Shown one piece after another: positions 36,814 to 46,974 of a DNA stretch of 64,000 nt. The DNA comes from Candidatus Pacearchaeota archaeon (GTDB taxonomy: Archaea > Nanobdellota > Nanobdellia > Pacearchaeales > GW2011-AR1), in contig JBBDJQ010000001.1 of assembly GCA_040879765.1 (NCBI GenBank), forward strand, positions 204,263-268,262, read 5' to 3'. Position 1 is the stretch's first letter, and every line of letters begins with the position of its first letter. The translations under genes were made by a program, and so were the position numbers. Under the pieces are notes generated by a model. That model made no database searches. It was given only the letters and a program-made list of their open reading frames with translations, and was not told the origin of the DNA.

Positions 36814-37341
36814 ATGGGATTGGATGAGTTACCTGATAGTGTTTTGGACAGAGATAATAAAGCCTTACAGAAAATGATTGAAAAAAGAAATGAGGATATT
36901 TTAAGCAGGAGCAAAAATTGGAAGGTGGAACATCTTTGGGAAGCTGTTGATAGAGAATATATCGGGGATTTGCCTGAAGGCTGGGAGTATTCAGATTATG
37001 TTTCACAAATTAATTTTCTTTCAGGTTCCATAATCTTGAGAGGTGAGGCAAAGGATAGTTTAATCCTAAGGACCTATTGGGAGCCCCAGGGTAATTCATT
37101 TTGTGAAAATTATTTATGGAGGCAAAGAATAGATAATTCTGATCACACCGGAGGTAGTATCTGGGGTGAATGTTTTGGAGAACTCCCTGAACATTTTGAT
37201 AGTTATTCTGAAAAAAAACTTGTTGATTGGCATAAAGATGCATTGGATAAACACAAAAAAGTTTTGGATAAAATAGAAGAAGATTATCTTTCTCCGTCAG
37301 GTTTAGTAATTGGTGGGGATTTTTTGAAAAAATTCTCTTAA
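36814..37341 (+). CDS. Hypothetical acidic, Trp-rich protein
   Basis: 175 aa; TATTTAAG 21 nt upstream. Confidence 0.7.
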   Translation: MGLDELPDSVLDRDNKALQKMIEKRNEDILSRSKNWKVEHLWEAVDREYIGDLPEGWEYSDYVSQINFLSGSIILRGEAKDSLILRTYWEPQGNSFCENYLWRQRIDNSDHTGGSIWGECFGELPEHFDSYSEKKLVDWHKDALDKHKKVLDKIEEDYLSPSGLVIGGDFLKKFS

Positions 37342-37363
37342 TTTTTGAAAAGAAATTCTCCAA

Positions 37364-38152
37364 TCAGTCCCTATTTCTCTTAATTTTTCTGAATAATCTT
37401 TCAAGTAAACTTTCTTTATCTTCGTTTGAATCATATTCAATATCTAGGATTTTTGCTGCAATTTCCTTGTATGCTCTAGATGGGTTTGATTTTGGATGAG
37501 TATTTACAACAGGACTTTTCAAATTCAAAGATCTTTTTACATCCATGTCATGTGGAATCATCCCTAAAATTGGAACCTCTAATATTTCCCTAACATTGTC
37601 TGGTTGCATTTCTATTTTATCTTTTCTAACTTTTGTCATAATTACTCCAAGCACATCTTTCTTCATACTTTCTGCAACCTTTATTGCCTTTAGAGCATCA
37701 GTTATTGCTGGAATTTCTGGATTTGTTATAACTATTAATTCATCTGCAATATCTATTGCTGAAAAAGCTTCCTCTCCTAATCCGGCGGCACTATCAATTA
37801 TAACTATATCTGCAACTTTTTTCAAATCTTTTTTCAAATCTTTTAGCTTTTCAGATTTTATTTTTTTTAATTCTTTTACAGAAAGCGAGGAAGGAATTAT
37901 TCTTATTCCGGATTCATGTTCATATATTGCTTCAGACAAATCTGCTTTATTTGACAAAACATGGTTTAAGCTTACCGGAGCTTCAGGACATCCTAAATGG
38001 ATTCCAACATTTGGAGTCGTTAAATTTGCATCAACTACTAAAACTTTTTTCCCAAAATAACACATGGCTGCAGCTAAATTGATTGCAGATGTGGTTTTAC
38101 CAACTCCTCCCTTTCCTGAAGTTATTACAATTACTTTGGTCATTTTAAGCAC
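37364..38152 (-). CDS. minD: Cell division ATPase MinD (archaeal type)
   Basis: SGKGGVGKTT, VDAN, IIDSAAG, amphipathic tail LLERLFRKI. Confidence 0.92.
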   Translation of the reverse strand: MLKMTKVIVITSGKGGVGKTTSAINLAAAMCYFGKKVLVVDANLTTPNVGIHLGCPEAPVSLNHVLSNKADLSEAIYEHESGIRIIPSSLSVKELKKIKSEKLKDLKKDLKKVADIVIIDSAAGLGEEAFSAIDIADELIVITNPEIPAITDALKAIKVAESMKKDVLGVIMTKVRKDKIEMQPDNVREILEVPILGMIPHDMDVKRSLNLKSPVVNTHPKSNPSRAYKEIAAKILDIEYDSNEDKESLLERLFRKIKRNRD

Positions 38153-38170
38153 AAATTAAGAAAATTCGTT

Positions 38171-38611
38171 TTACTTAAGGAGAAATTGTTTTGTAGAACT
38201 TATAAACTTTTCTAACATTTCAGCGTAAATTTTGAGTTGGTCAAGGTTTATGTTGATTTCTTCACCTCGATAAATGACCCTTAATGTTACATTTTTTCTA
38301 AATTCCCCTATCTTTTCTCTTCTCAATTCTTCAATTTTTTTGAACATTTCATATAAGTCAAGGGTTTCAATGAAGTTTTTTTCTTTTTTGAAAAGTTTCC
38401 TTACTTCAATTAATCTTGAAGCAGGGTTTGTTGGAATAGAAGATATTTTTTTCTTTTTTTTGGCGTGAGCCAAAATATGGTCTATACTTATATCTATCAT
38501 GCCTCTCCAACGTAGAATTAGGTTGAGAATGACATCGCATGTTTTAGTATACTTTAGACTAACATAAAGCAAATGGTCTGCGCTAATTTTTTCTTGAATT
38601 ATTTCTTCCAT
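38171..38611 (-). CDS. Hypothetical protein
   Basis: 146 aa ORF in an apparent operon with NAC and minD. Confidence 0.75.
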   Translation of the reverse strand: MEEIIQEKISADHLLYVSLKYTKTCDVILNLILRWRGMIDISIDHILAHAKKKKKISSIPTNPASRLIEVRKLFKKEKNFIETLDLYEMFKKIEELRREKIGEFRKNVTLRVIYRGEEININLDQLKIYAEMLEKFISSTKQFLLK

Positions 38612-38673
38612 ACAAAATCCTACTTTAGAAGTATACGTAGAAAGGATTTGCGGCTTTTTATATTTATTCTTTA

Positions 38674-39012
38674 TTAACTTAACTGCATAATTGCACTTGC
38701 TAAGTCCCCTGTTTGTTCTAAAGCCCTTTTTGCATCTTCTTCTGAGGAATTTGTCCTTTCCATCACTGTCTTTATGTCTTCTTCAGGAATCCCCCTCTCC
38801 TCTTTTATATCTCCGGAAATCTGAAAGCTTTCCTGCCCTTGCATCTTTATTCTTGTAACAGATGGATTTTCTATGATTATTTTGTCATTTGGATTATTAG
38901 CTTTTTCTATTATGACCCTTGTTGAAGGTATTTCATCCTGAGAGATTCCCATCTGCTTCATGACTGCTTGCATTTTCTTTGGATCCAATCCCCCACCCAA
39001 TCCTGGTAACAT
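38674..39012 (-). CDS. nac: Nascent polypeptide-associated complex protein
   Basis: PKKMQAVMKQMG, IENPSVT, C-terminal UBA-like EDIKTVMERT...GDLASAIM. Confidence 0.93.
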   Translation of the reverse strand: MLPGLGGGLDPKKMQAVMKQMGISQDEIPSTRVIIEKANNPNDKIIIENPSVTRIKMQGQESFQISGDIKEERGIPEEDIKTVMERTNSSEEDAKRALEQTGDLASAIMQLS

Positions 39013-39167
39013 TAGAAAAAAACCTCCAATCCAATCCTGAAGAATACAATTAACGCCACGAAAATAATTACATGGGAAGGTTTCAGTGTGAAGAAACTTT
39101 CGTAGCCTTCATTGAATCTCATTAATCCCCCAAACCCAGAGGGAATGTTAACACTTTGATTTGCCAT
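39012..39167 (-). CDS. secG: Preprotein translocase subunit Sec61beta (51 aa, absent from the ORF track)
   Basis: My translation: MANQSVNIPSGFGGLMRFNEGYESFFTLKPSHVIIFVALIVFFRIGLEVFF; GLMRF..E..(L/I)xP plus TM; TAATG overlap with nac. Confidence 0.88.
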   Translation of the reverse strand: MANQSVNIPSGFGGLMRFNEGYESFFTLKPSHVIIFVALIVFFRIGLEVFF

Positions 39168-39206
39168 GGCTTTTCTAATTTTTAGAGGTATTAAAAGTTT
39201 TCGTAA

Positions 39207-39236
39207 GCGATTCCGCTTCGCTGCATACGCTTCGCC
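39207..39236. repeat. Modular repeat family (locus 5)
   Basis: GCGATTCCGCTTCGCTGCATACGCTTCGCC between the divergent secG and valS TATA boxes. Confidence 0.88.
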
Positions 39237-39279
39237 AAAACACTGAAAACTTTATAATAATCTTTTAGCTTGAATAAAG

Positions 39280-41655
39280 ATGAAGGAGAAAGATTTTGAT
39301 TTCAAACATACTGAAAATAAATGGAAAGCTTTTTGGGAGAAAGAAGGAATTTTTAAAATAGATTTTAAGAAAAAAATTAATTATTCTATAGATACTCCTC
39401 CTCCAACAGTTTCAGGGAAGATGCACATCGGCCATGCATTTAGTTATGCCCAACAAGATTTTATTGCAAGATTTAGGAGAATGGTTGCAGCTGAGAAAAA
39501 GGAATCTATTTTTTACCCTTTTGGAACTGATGATAATGGGCTCCCTACTGAAAAACTTATTGAGAAAATAAACAAAGTTAAGAGTAAAGAGATGTCTCGT
39601 GCCGATTTTATTGAACTTTGTGTTAAAACTTTGAAAAAAATTACCCCTAGTTTTATTCAAGATTGGAAGGATTTGGGAATGTCCTGTGATTTTGAAAAAA
39701 CCTATTCTACAATAGATGATAATTCAAGAAAACTCTCTCAAAAATTCTTTATAGAACTTTATAATAAAAAGAAAATATACAAAAAAGAATTCCCAACTCT
39801 TTGGTGTCCAGATTGTCAAACTTCTATTGCCCAGGCAGAACTTGAAGATAGAGAAGAAAAAAGTTTATTTTCAACACTTAAATTTTCATCTGAAGGTCAG
39901 GATTTATTGATTGCTACAACAAGACCAGAAATGCTTGAAGCTTGTGTTACAATTTTTGTTAACCCAAAGGACAAAAGGTATAAAAAATTGATTGGTAAAA
40001 AAGCAAAAGTCCCATTATTCAATTTTGAAGTTCCAATAATTGCTGACAAATCTGCTGATATGGAAAAAGGAACTGGGGTTTTGATGGTTTGTTCTTATGG
40101 AGATAAATTTGACGTTGATGCCATAAACAGGTATAAACTGAAACCAAAATTGATTTTAGACAAGAAGGGATTCATTTCTAAAGGAAAATATAATGGGATG
40201 TTTGTTAAGAAAGCCAGGAAGGAAATCCTTAAAGATTTGGAAAAAGCAAATTTAATTTCAGAGCAAAAAGAAATTAACCATGTTGTGAATTGCCATGATA
40301 AATGTGGAACTCCTATAGAATTTATAACAACAGAACAATGGTTCATTAAAATTTTAGAGGGCAAATCAAAATGGATTGAATTGGGCAATAAAGTTAAGTG
40401 GCATCCTGAATTTATGAAAAAACGTTATGATAATTGGGTTAATGGGTTGGAATGGGACTGGGGAATTTCTAGAGAAAGACATTTTGGGATTCCTATTCCA
40501 ATTTGGTATTGTGGATCTTGTAATGAAATAATTTTACCTAATGAAAAAGAACTTCCTATTGATCCTCTAGAAGTTAATAAAAAATGTCCCAAATGTAGGA
40601 AAGATGCAGAACCAGAGAGTAAGGTTTTGGATACTTGGGTGACTTCATCACTAACTCCGCAAATTACAAGTTCTTTATTTGATGAAAAAGTTAAAATCCC
40701 TTTTTCTTTGAGGCCTAATGCCCATGACATAATTAGAACTTGGGCTTTTTACACAATTGTTAGAAGTTATTTACATGAAAAGAAAATTCCTTGGAATGAT
40801 ATAATTATTTCAGGAGTTGTTTCTCTTAAAGGAGAGAAAATGAGCAAATCTAAAGGAAATGTTATCGAACCAAAAGAAATTCTTGATAAATATGGTGCCG
40901 ATGCTTTGAGATTCTGGGCCGCCGGTTCTAAGCTGGGAAGCGATTTAGATTATCAAGAAAAAGATTTAGTTGCTGGAACAAAGATGATAAACAAGTTAAG
41001 AAACGCAACCAAATTTGTTTTTATGAATTTAGAAAATTATGATTTTAAGAAACCAAAGAAGTTGGAAAAGATAGATGAAGAATTTTTAATTGAATTAGAC
41101 AGAGTTGTCTTTGTTACAACCTCTTATTTCAAATCTTATGAGTATTCAAGAGCAAAATCAAACATTGAAGAATTTTTTTGGAAGTTTTTTTGTGATTTTT
41201 ATTTAGAGACTGTAAAGAAAAGAGTGTATAATGAAAAAGGAGATAAGAAGAGATCTGCTCAATATACTCTGTATAAATCTCTTTTAGGAATTATTAAAAT
41301 GTTGGCTCCAATAACACCTTTCATAACGGAAGAAATTTATCAAGAATATTTTAAGAAAAACGAAAAAGATAAATCAATTCATTCTAGTGCTTGGCCGGAA
41401 TTCGATAGAAAGTTGGAAGGGTGGGATGATGAAAAAATAAAATCTTCTGCAAATGAAATAACTTTGTTTGTAGAGATGCTATCAAAAGTGAGATCTGAAA
41501 AAACCAAAGCACAAAAACCAATGAATGCTGAAATTATTTTAACTTTGGATAAATCAAGGCATGACGATTTAGTTGATTTGTTGAATGATTTGAAAGATGT
41601 TACAAATGCTAAAGAAATCAAGGTTGGTAACTTCAAAGTTAAATTTACAGATTAA
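39280..41655 (+). CDS. valS: Valyl-tRNA synthetase (archaeal type)
   Basis: PPPTVSGKMHIGH, DWGISRERHFG, KMSKS. Confidence 0.96.
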   Translation: MKEKDFDFKHTENKWKAFWEKEGIFKIDFKKKINYSIDTPPPTVSGKMHIGHAFSYAQQDFIARFRRMVAAEKKESIFYPFGTDDNGLPTEKLIEKINKVKSKEMSRADFIELCVKTLKKITPSFIQDWKDLGMSCDFEKTYSTIDDNSRKLSQKFFIELYNKKKIYKKEFPTLWCPDCQTSIAQAELEDREEKSLFSTLKFSSEGQDLLIATTRPEMLEACVTIFVNPKDKRYKKLIGKKAKVPLFNFEVPIIADKSADMEKGTGVLMVCSYGDKFDVDAINRYKLKPKLILDKKGFISKGKYNGMFVKKARKEILKDLEKANLISEQKEINHVVNCHDKCGTPIEFITTEQWFIKILEGKSKWIELGNKVKWHPEFMKKRYDNWVNGLEWDWGISRERHFGIPIPIWYCGSCNEIILPNEKELPIDPLEVNKKCPKCRKDAEPESKVLDTWVTSSLTPQITSSLFDEKVKIPFSLRPNAHDIIRTWAFYTIVRSYLHEKKIPWNDIIISGVVSLKGEKMSKSKGNVIEPKEILDKYGADALRFWAAGSKLGSDLDYQEKDLVAGTKMINKLRNATKFVFMNLENYDFKKPKKLEKIDEEFLIELDRVVFVTTSYFKSYEYSRAKSNIEEFFWKFFCDFYLETVKKRVYNEKGDKKRSAQYTLYKSLLGIIKMLAPITPFITEEIYQEYFKKNEKDKSIHSSAWPEFDRKLEGWDDEKIKSSANEITLFVEMLSKVRSEKTKAQKPMNAEIILTLDKSRHDDLVDLLNDLKDVTNAKEIKVGNFKVKFTD

Positions 41656-41704
41656 CTAATTTTATAACCTAAATTTTTAAAAATATTTGATTTTATCTAA
41701 TTTT

Positions 41705-42115
41705 ATGAGTTCGGATTTTAGGATGGCACATTTACACTACTTTGGTGAAAAGCATATTGATTCTTACAGAAGAGGGGTGGGGGATTATTTGGAAAGATTG
41801 GACGAATTCGCTTTTCTTCCAACTATGATTTTGCCAAACGGATTTGAAAAAACTTCTGATTTTAATAGGACAGGTTACCTTTTGGTTTTAGAATTGGAAA
41901 ACTCTCAACCTCAGAGATTTGCTGATGCCCTTATTCATCTTCTTTCTTCAGAAAGAGATTTTTTGCCAAAGTCTGTTTCTTGTAGCAGGCTTAAGGACTA
42001 TAGTTTGGTTGGAGGGATTCTTGATTCTAGTTTTAATGGAGAATCAAGACTATCTAATGGATTTTTAAGAATTCCTAGATTTTTTAATCAGAGAGATATT
42101 GTAAGCATTAACTAA
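41705..42115 (+). CDS. Hypothetical protein
   Basis: ATG at 41705, 23 nt after TTTTTAAA. Confidence 0.6.
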   Translation: MSSDFRMAHLHYFGEKHIDSYRRGVGDYLERLDEFAFLPTMILPNGFEKTSDFNRTGYLLVLELENSQPQRFADALIHLLSSERDFLPKSVSCSRLKDYSLVGGILDSSFNGESRLSNGFLRIPRFFNQRDIVSIN

Positions 42116-42145
42116 TTTTATAAACGCCTAACTATTTCGTTTAAA

Positions 42146-43231
42146 ATGATAAGTACTAAGCAAGAGTTGGAAGATATTTTAGAAATTTTAGAAGATTTTA
42201 AGGGCAAGGCCACAGAACTTATAACAGTGTATATTCCTGCAGGGTATGATGTTAATGCTGTTCAAAGGCAATTGGAAGCAGAAAAGGGAACTGCTAAAAA
42301 CATAAAATCTACATCTACAAGGAAGAATGTCTCTGAAGCTTTGGAAAAGATAGTTCGGCATTTGAAGACTCTTAAGAAAACTCCTGAAAATGGTTTGGGA
42401 ATTTTTTGTGGTAATGTTTCTAATATTGAAGGGCAGGATGATTTGCAAATTTGGATTGTTGAACCTCCTATGCCTTTGAAATCTAGATTGTATAGATGTG
42501 ACAAGGATTTTGTTCTTGAACCACTTAAAGAAATGCTAGAAGTTACAGAAGTTTTTGCATTACTTGTTATGGATAGGAAAGAAGCTACAATTGGCTTGCT
42601 TGAAGGAAAGAGGATAGAAGTTCTTCAAAAAATGACTTCGGGAATCCCTAGCAAGGTTAGAGCAGGCGGGCAGAGTTCTCAGAGATTCCATAGGATCACA
42701 GAGGGTTTGACAAAAGATTTTTACAATAGGATTGCTGAAGAAATGAAGAAAATATTTTTCGAGATGAAAAAATTAAAAGGGATTCTTGTTGGAGGACCTA
42801 TTCCAACCAAGGATGAATTTCTGGATGGAGATTATTTGGTTACTAAATTAAGAGAGAAGGTTATTGGAGTTCAAGATCTTGGTGATTCTGACGAATCTGG
42901 TTTGAAAGAATTGGTTAACAAATCTGAAGAGATTCTTGCAAACCAAGAAGTTGTTCATGAAAGAAAACTCCTTGAGAAATTTTTTGAAGAATTGGGAGAA
43001 CATCCAGATTTAGTTGCTTATAAGGAAGGAGATATAAGAAAGGCTTTGGAATATGGGGCAGTTGAAACTTTAATTCTTTCAAAAAACCTTGATAAAAAAC
43101 TTGCAAAAGATTTGAAATCCTTGGGACTGAATATTTCTTCAACTATAGAATTTGTCTCTCTTGAAACAACGGAAGGAGAGCAATTTTCTAAGTTGTCTGG
43201 CATGGGGGCTTTGTTAAGATATAAAATTTAA
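42146..43231 (+). CDS. prf1: Peptide chain release factor aRF1
   Basis: TELITVYIP, NIKS, YRCD, RAGGQSSQRF, GMGALLRY. Confidence 0.97.
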   Translation: MISTKQELEDILEILEDFKGKATELITVYIPAGYDVNAVQRQLEAEKGTAKNIKSTSTRKNVSEALEKIVRHLKTLKKTPENGLGIFCGNVSNIEGQDDLQIWIVEPPMPLKSRLYRCDKDFVLEPLKEMLEVTEVFALLVMDRKEATIGLLEGKRIEVLQKMTSGIPSKVRAGGQSSQRFHRITEGLTKDFYNRIAEEMKKIFFEMKKLKGILVGGPIPTKDEFLDGDYLVTKLREKVIGVQDLGDSDESGLKELVNKSEEILANQEVVHERKLLEKFFEELGEHPDLVAYKEGDIRKALEYGAVETLILSKNLDKKLAKDLKSLGLNISSTIEFVSLETTEGEQFSKLSGMGALLRYKI

Positions 43232-43665
43232 GCTTCTTGAAATCCTATTCTTTCCATCATCAAAGCTAAAGATTGAATTAATGAAGCCAACCCTGCTATC
43301 GCAATTATGGAGATGAAAATCTTCCCGAGATCTCCAGGAATCAGAAAATAAATTGATAATACTGCTAAAGCCATCCAAATTCCAACACACCATGGGCAAA
43401 TTATCAATTCGTAGATTGTTCTCATGAATGAATTTTTTCTTTCGAAGAAATCTCTTAAGAAAGACATAATCTTATTGTAAGCTACAAGCCTTATCATTCT
43501 GAAAGTTGCTAAAGAAATTATTGTTAATTCTAAAACTCCTAGGTTTGTTAAGAATCTTGGATTTGTTTGAATTATTTTATAAGATAAATAAAAAGCAACT
43601 AGGATAAATAAAACTGAGAAAGTAAAATTCCAAAAATTTTGAAACTTGTAAGCCTGTTTTTCCAT
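43228..43665 (-). CDS. DUF1360-family membrane protein
   Basis: LATFRMIRLV, ELIICPWCVGIW. Confidence 0.75.
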   Translation of the reverse strand: MEKQAYKFQNFWNFTFSVLFILVAFYLSYKIIQTNPRFLTNLGVLELTIISLATFRMIRLVAYNKIMSFLRDFFERKNSFMRTIYELIICPWCVGIWMALAVLSIYFLIPGDLGKIFISIIAIAGLASLIQSLALMMERIGFQEA

Positions 43666-43670
43666 TATTG

Positions 43671-44048
43671 TTATCTCCTATCTACACAATAATTTCCAGG
43701 ACCATGGGCCAGAACCATAATTAAACCACCAATTATTGCCAGGTTTTTCAAGAATACATTTATTTCTCCTTCTCCAATGTGGAAAATTATACTTGCTAAT
43801 GCTGTGAATATTATTAATATTGTGGCAACAGATCTTGTCTTGAAACCAGTAAGAAGCATCAAACCTCCAACCACTTCAATTATTATAGCAACCATTGCAA
43901 GAAGTGTAGCAAAGGGCAATCCAAAAGATTGAATGAATCCAACTGTTCCGTCAAAACCCGTAATTTTTCCAACCCCTGCAACTATGAAAACCAAAGATAT
44001 GAAAACTCTTCCAATCAATGGAGCACATTTCACCAAATTTCTATTCAT
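43671..44048 (-). CDS. DoxX-family membrane protein
   Basis: IGRVFISLVFIVAG..KI, EVVGGLMLLTG..TR, KNLAIIGGL, GPG.Y. Confidence 0.92.
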   Translation of the reverse strand: MNRNLVKCAPLIGRVFISLVFIVAGVGKITGFDGTVGFIQSFGLPFATLLAMVAIIIEVVGGLMLLTGFKTRSVATILIIFTALASIIFHIGEGEINVFLKNLAIIGGLIMVLAHGPGNYCVDRR

Positions 44049-44082
44049 ATGCGGAACAAATTATTTTACTATTTAAATCTTA

Positions 44083-44366
44083 TTAATTTAAGTTTTCTAT
44101 CAGTTTTTGGAGATATTCATTCCTATCTTTATCAGAAATGTTTCCATATCCAGAACCCGTCAAGTAGGTAATTCCTGCTATTCCATTTTCATAATTTCTT
44201 GGGATTAGCGTCATCCCAGAAGGGAAAATAGTACCTTTTCTTATTCTTATGTTCGAATCTTTATCTCTTCTTACCTTATATCCTAAATCTTTTGAGACCT
44301 TTTCTATTGCCTTTTCAAGACCTTCAAGACTAACAATTTTTCCAAATTCTTTTAACTCGTTTTTCA
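44083..44366 (-). CDS. Hypothetical protein
   Basis: Protein-like portion starts MKNELKEFGK at 44366; the upstream part of the listed ORF overlaps scpB and looks spurious. Confidence 0.5.
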
Positions 44367-44460
44367 TGTTTTTTATAGTGCTTTTTTTGTTATAAGGTTT
44401 TTTGTGATTGAAAATATACTTAAACACAATCTTTAAAATTTGATTTAACATGAATTCTTT

Positions 44461-45039
44461 ATGAGTGATGGGAAAGGAATCTCGGAAAATATAATTGGCA
44501 GAACTGTGGAGGAAATAGAAGATTCTCAGGAGAAGGAAGATTTGAAGAAACTTGAAGCGATTTTTTTTATTTCTGGAAGGTTTTTGACAATGCAAGAATT
44601 GATTTCTTTTTCTGATTTGAATCCAATAATGTTAAGAGATTTGATTGAAAAACTTAAAGAAAAATATAATACGGATGATTCTGCTATAGAAATTGTTTAC
44701 AAAAATAACGCTTGGAAGATGGATGTTCGGCAGGAATATTTTAAGATTGTTAATAGGATGGCGACTGGTTCTTCCGAATTTTCAAAATCCGAGAAGGAAA
44801 CCTTGGCTATAATTGCATACAAACAACCGATAAAACAATCTGTTTTGATAAAGATAAGAAGTAATAAGGCTTATGACCACATAAAAAAGTTTAACGATTT
44901 AGGATTGATAAAAAGAAAAAAGATTGGGCACACTTATGAGATAAGTTTGAGTGATGAGTTTTATGAATATTTTAATCTTGAAGATTCTGATAGAAATAAA
45001 AATCCGTTAAAGGAATCTGTGGAAGTGAAAGATGATTAA
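44461..45039 (+). CDS. scpB: SMC-Scp complex subunit ScpB
   Basis: LEAIFFISG, ETLAIIAYKQPIKQS.LIKIR. Confidence 0.9.
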   Translation: MSDGKGISENIIGRTVEEIEDSQEKEDLKKLEAIFFISGRFLTMQELISFSDLNPIMLRDLIEKLKEKYNTDDSAIEIVYKNNAWKMDVRQEYFKIVNRMATGSSEFSKSEKETLAIIAYKQPIKQSVLIKIRSNKAYDHIKKFNDLGLIKRKKIGHTYEISLSDEFYEYFNLEDSDRNKNPLKESVEVKDD

Positions 45040-46261
45040 TACAATTACAATTATTTATTTTTTTTATATGTTTATTGTGCTTTATTTTTTATTTTTATTT
45101 TCTTTAACTTTTTTGCAAAATAAGAAAGAGATGTTCTCTTCCCCAGAAATAACTAAAGAATATTCTATCTCTGTTCTTATTCCTGCCCATAATGAAGAGA
45201 GAACAATAAGGAGTACTGTTGAAGGTGTTTTAAATTCAGATTATAAAAACATAGTCGAGATAATTATAATTACAAATGCTTGCACAGATAATAGTTTAAA
45301 GATTGCAAGAGAACTTTCTAAGAAACATAAAATTGTCAAGTGTTTAAATTCTGAAGTTCCAAGTAAGGCGAATGCATTGAATGAGGCTTATAAGATTGCA
45401 AAAGGAGAATTAGTTGCAGTTGTTGATGCGGATTCCTATCCAGATAAAAATGCACTTTCAAGTATGGTTGGATTTTTTGATGATTGGAAGGTTGGGGCAG
45501 TTACAACTAGGGTTTTGGTAAAACATAGGAATAATTTTTTAAGAAAAATGCAGGCAGTTGAATACAAGGTGATTGCATTTACTCGTAGACTTTTGGGATT
45601 TTTAGATTCTATTTATGTGACTCCCGGGCCTTTAGCACTTTACAGGAAGAAGGCTTTGGAAGATATTGGGGGTTTTGACACAAAGAACATGACTGAAGAT
45701 ATAGAAGCTACATGGCATGTTATTCACGAAGGTTATAAGGTTAGGATGTCTTTTGTTTCGAAGGTTACGACTGTTGCCCCTTCAAAATTTAGAGATTGGT
45801 TTACTCAAAGGGTCCGTTGGAATATCGGAGGAATTCAAACCATTCTTAAATACAAAAATTGTTTTCTCAAAAAAGGAATGTTGGGCTTTTTCATTTTGCC
45901 TCTTTTTACTTTTTCATTATTGCTTAGTATTTTTGGGCTTGGATTTTTTCTTTATAGATTTTCAAGAAGTTTTTTAGTCAAGTACTTATCAGTAAAATAT
46001 TCTTTGGAGGCTCAGACAGCAGTTTTGCTTTTGGAAGACTTGGCTTTTAGCCCTTCGATTTTGAATTTTTTCGGAATAATTCTTTTCGCTTTGGGGATGA
46101 GTTTTGTTCTATATGCCTTGTATTATGTTAATAGGCATATTGGCGAAAAGGAAAGCTTTTTTATTGTTGTTTTTTATTCAATAATATACATCTTGCTTAG
46201 ACCGATTGTGCTTGTCACAGGGTTATACAAACTTGCAAGAGGGAAATACTCATGGCGGTAA
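45032..46261 (+). CDS. Processive GT2 glycosyltransferase (IcaA/PgaC/CesA-like)
   Basis: IPAHNEE, SKANALN, VVDAD, TED, QRVRW; N- and C-terminal TM helices. Confidence 0.92.
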   Translation: MINTITIIYFFYMFIVLYFLFLFSLTFLQNKKEMFSSPEITKEYSISVLIPAHNEERTIRSTVEGVLNSDYKNIVEIIIITNACTDNSLKIARELSKKHKIVKCLNSEVPSKANALNEAYKIAKGELVAVVDADSYPDKNALSSMVGFFDDWKVGAVTTRVLVKHRNNFLRKMQAVEYKVIAFTRRLLGFLDSIYVTPGPLALYRKKALEDIGGFDTKNMTEDIEATWHVIHEGYKVRMSFVSKVTTVAPSKFRDWFTQRVRWNIGGIQTILKYKNCFLKKGMLGFFILPLFTFSLLLSIFGLGFFLYRFSRSFLVKYLSVKYSLEAQTAVLLLEDLAFSPSILNFFGIILFALGMSFVLYALYYVNRHIGEKESFFIVVFYSIIYILLRPIVLVTGLYKLARGKYSWR

Positions 46262-46923
46262 AAATATTTGAAAGTAAGAAACATGTTTTTTGGCAGGCCT
46301 TTTTCCTAACTGTGTTATTCTTTTTTTTCGGTTTAGTTATGGGAACCTACCTAGAACAATCTCGTGCAGAAATTCTTAATTCTAATTTTTATGAATCTGA
46401 GGTTCTTTTATATGATTCTTTTGCCCTTAACAATTTAATTGAAAATCCTTCCATATCTTGTGAGCAATTAGTTAGATCTAATGTGAGATTTGCTGACAGA
46501 ATTTATGAAGAGGCTAGAGAATTAGAAAGATTTGATGAATCTTCTAAACTGACTCAGTCAATAAAAACAATCCATAAGAAATACGATGTTCTAAGAACTT
46601 TGTTATGGATAAATGTAATTTCTGTTAAAGAGAAATGTCCTAACATTGTTAATAGTGTGGTTTATCTTTACATTTATGACACTGAAGAAATTTCCATTAG
46701 GTCTGAACAAGCAGTTTGGAGTAAGATTTTGGGAGACTTAAAAACTGAAAGAGGTAGTGAGGTAATTCTCATTCCTATTGCTGTCGATCAAGGAGTCAAT
46801 TCGCTAGATTCTTTGAATGATATTTATGGAATAAACTCATTTCCCTCAGTTATAATAAATGAGGAACATGTTATTTCTGAAATTAAAACTGCAAAAGAGT
46901 TAGGAAACTATCTTATCAATTAG
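46252..46923 (+). CDS. Membrane-anchored hypothetical protein coupled to GT2
   Basis: 10-nt overlap with GT2; one N-terminal TM; C-terminal YGINSFPSVIINE is thioredoxin-like. Confidence 0.75.
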   Translation: MAVKIFESKKHVFWQAFFLTVLFFFFGLVMGTYLEQSRAEILNSNFYESEVLLYDSFALNNLIENPSISCEQLVRSNVRFADRIYEEARELERFDESSKLTQSIKTIHKKYDVLRTLLWINVISVKEKCPNIVNSVVYLYIYDTEEISIRSEQAVWSKILGDLKTERGSEVILIPIAVDQGVNSLDSLNDIYGINSFPSVIINEEHVISEIKTAKELGNYLIN

Positions 46924-46974
46924 TCTATTTTATAGGATAAAAATATTAAAAAACGTCTGAAACTATAGTTTTTT

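Noticed and set aside
44367-44595. N-terminal half of the listed 170-aa minus-strand ORF
   Set aside because: It overlaps scpB antisense and promoter DNA, and its composition is not protein-like.
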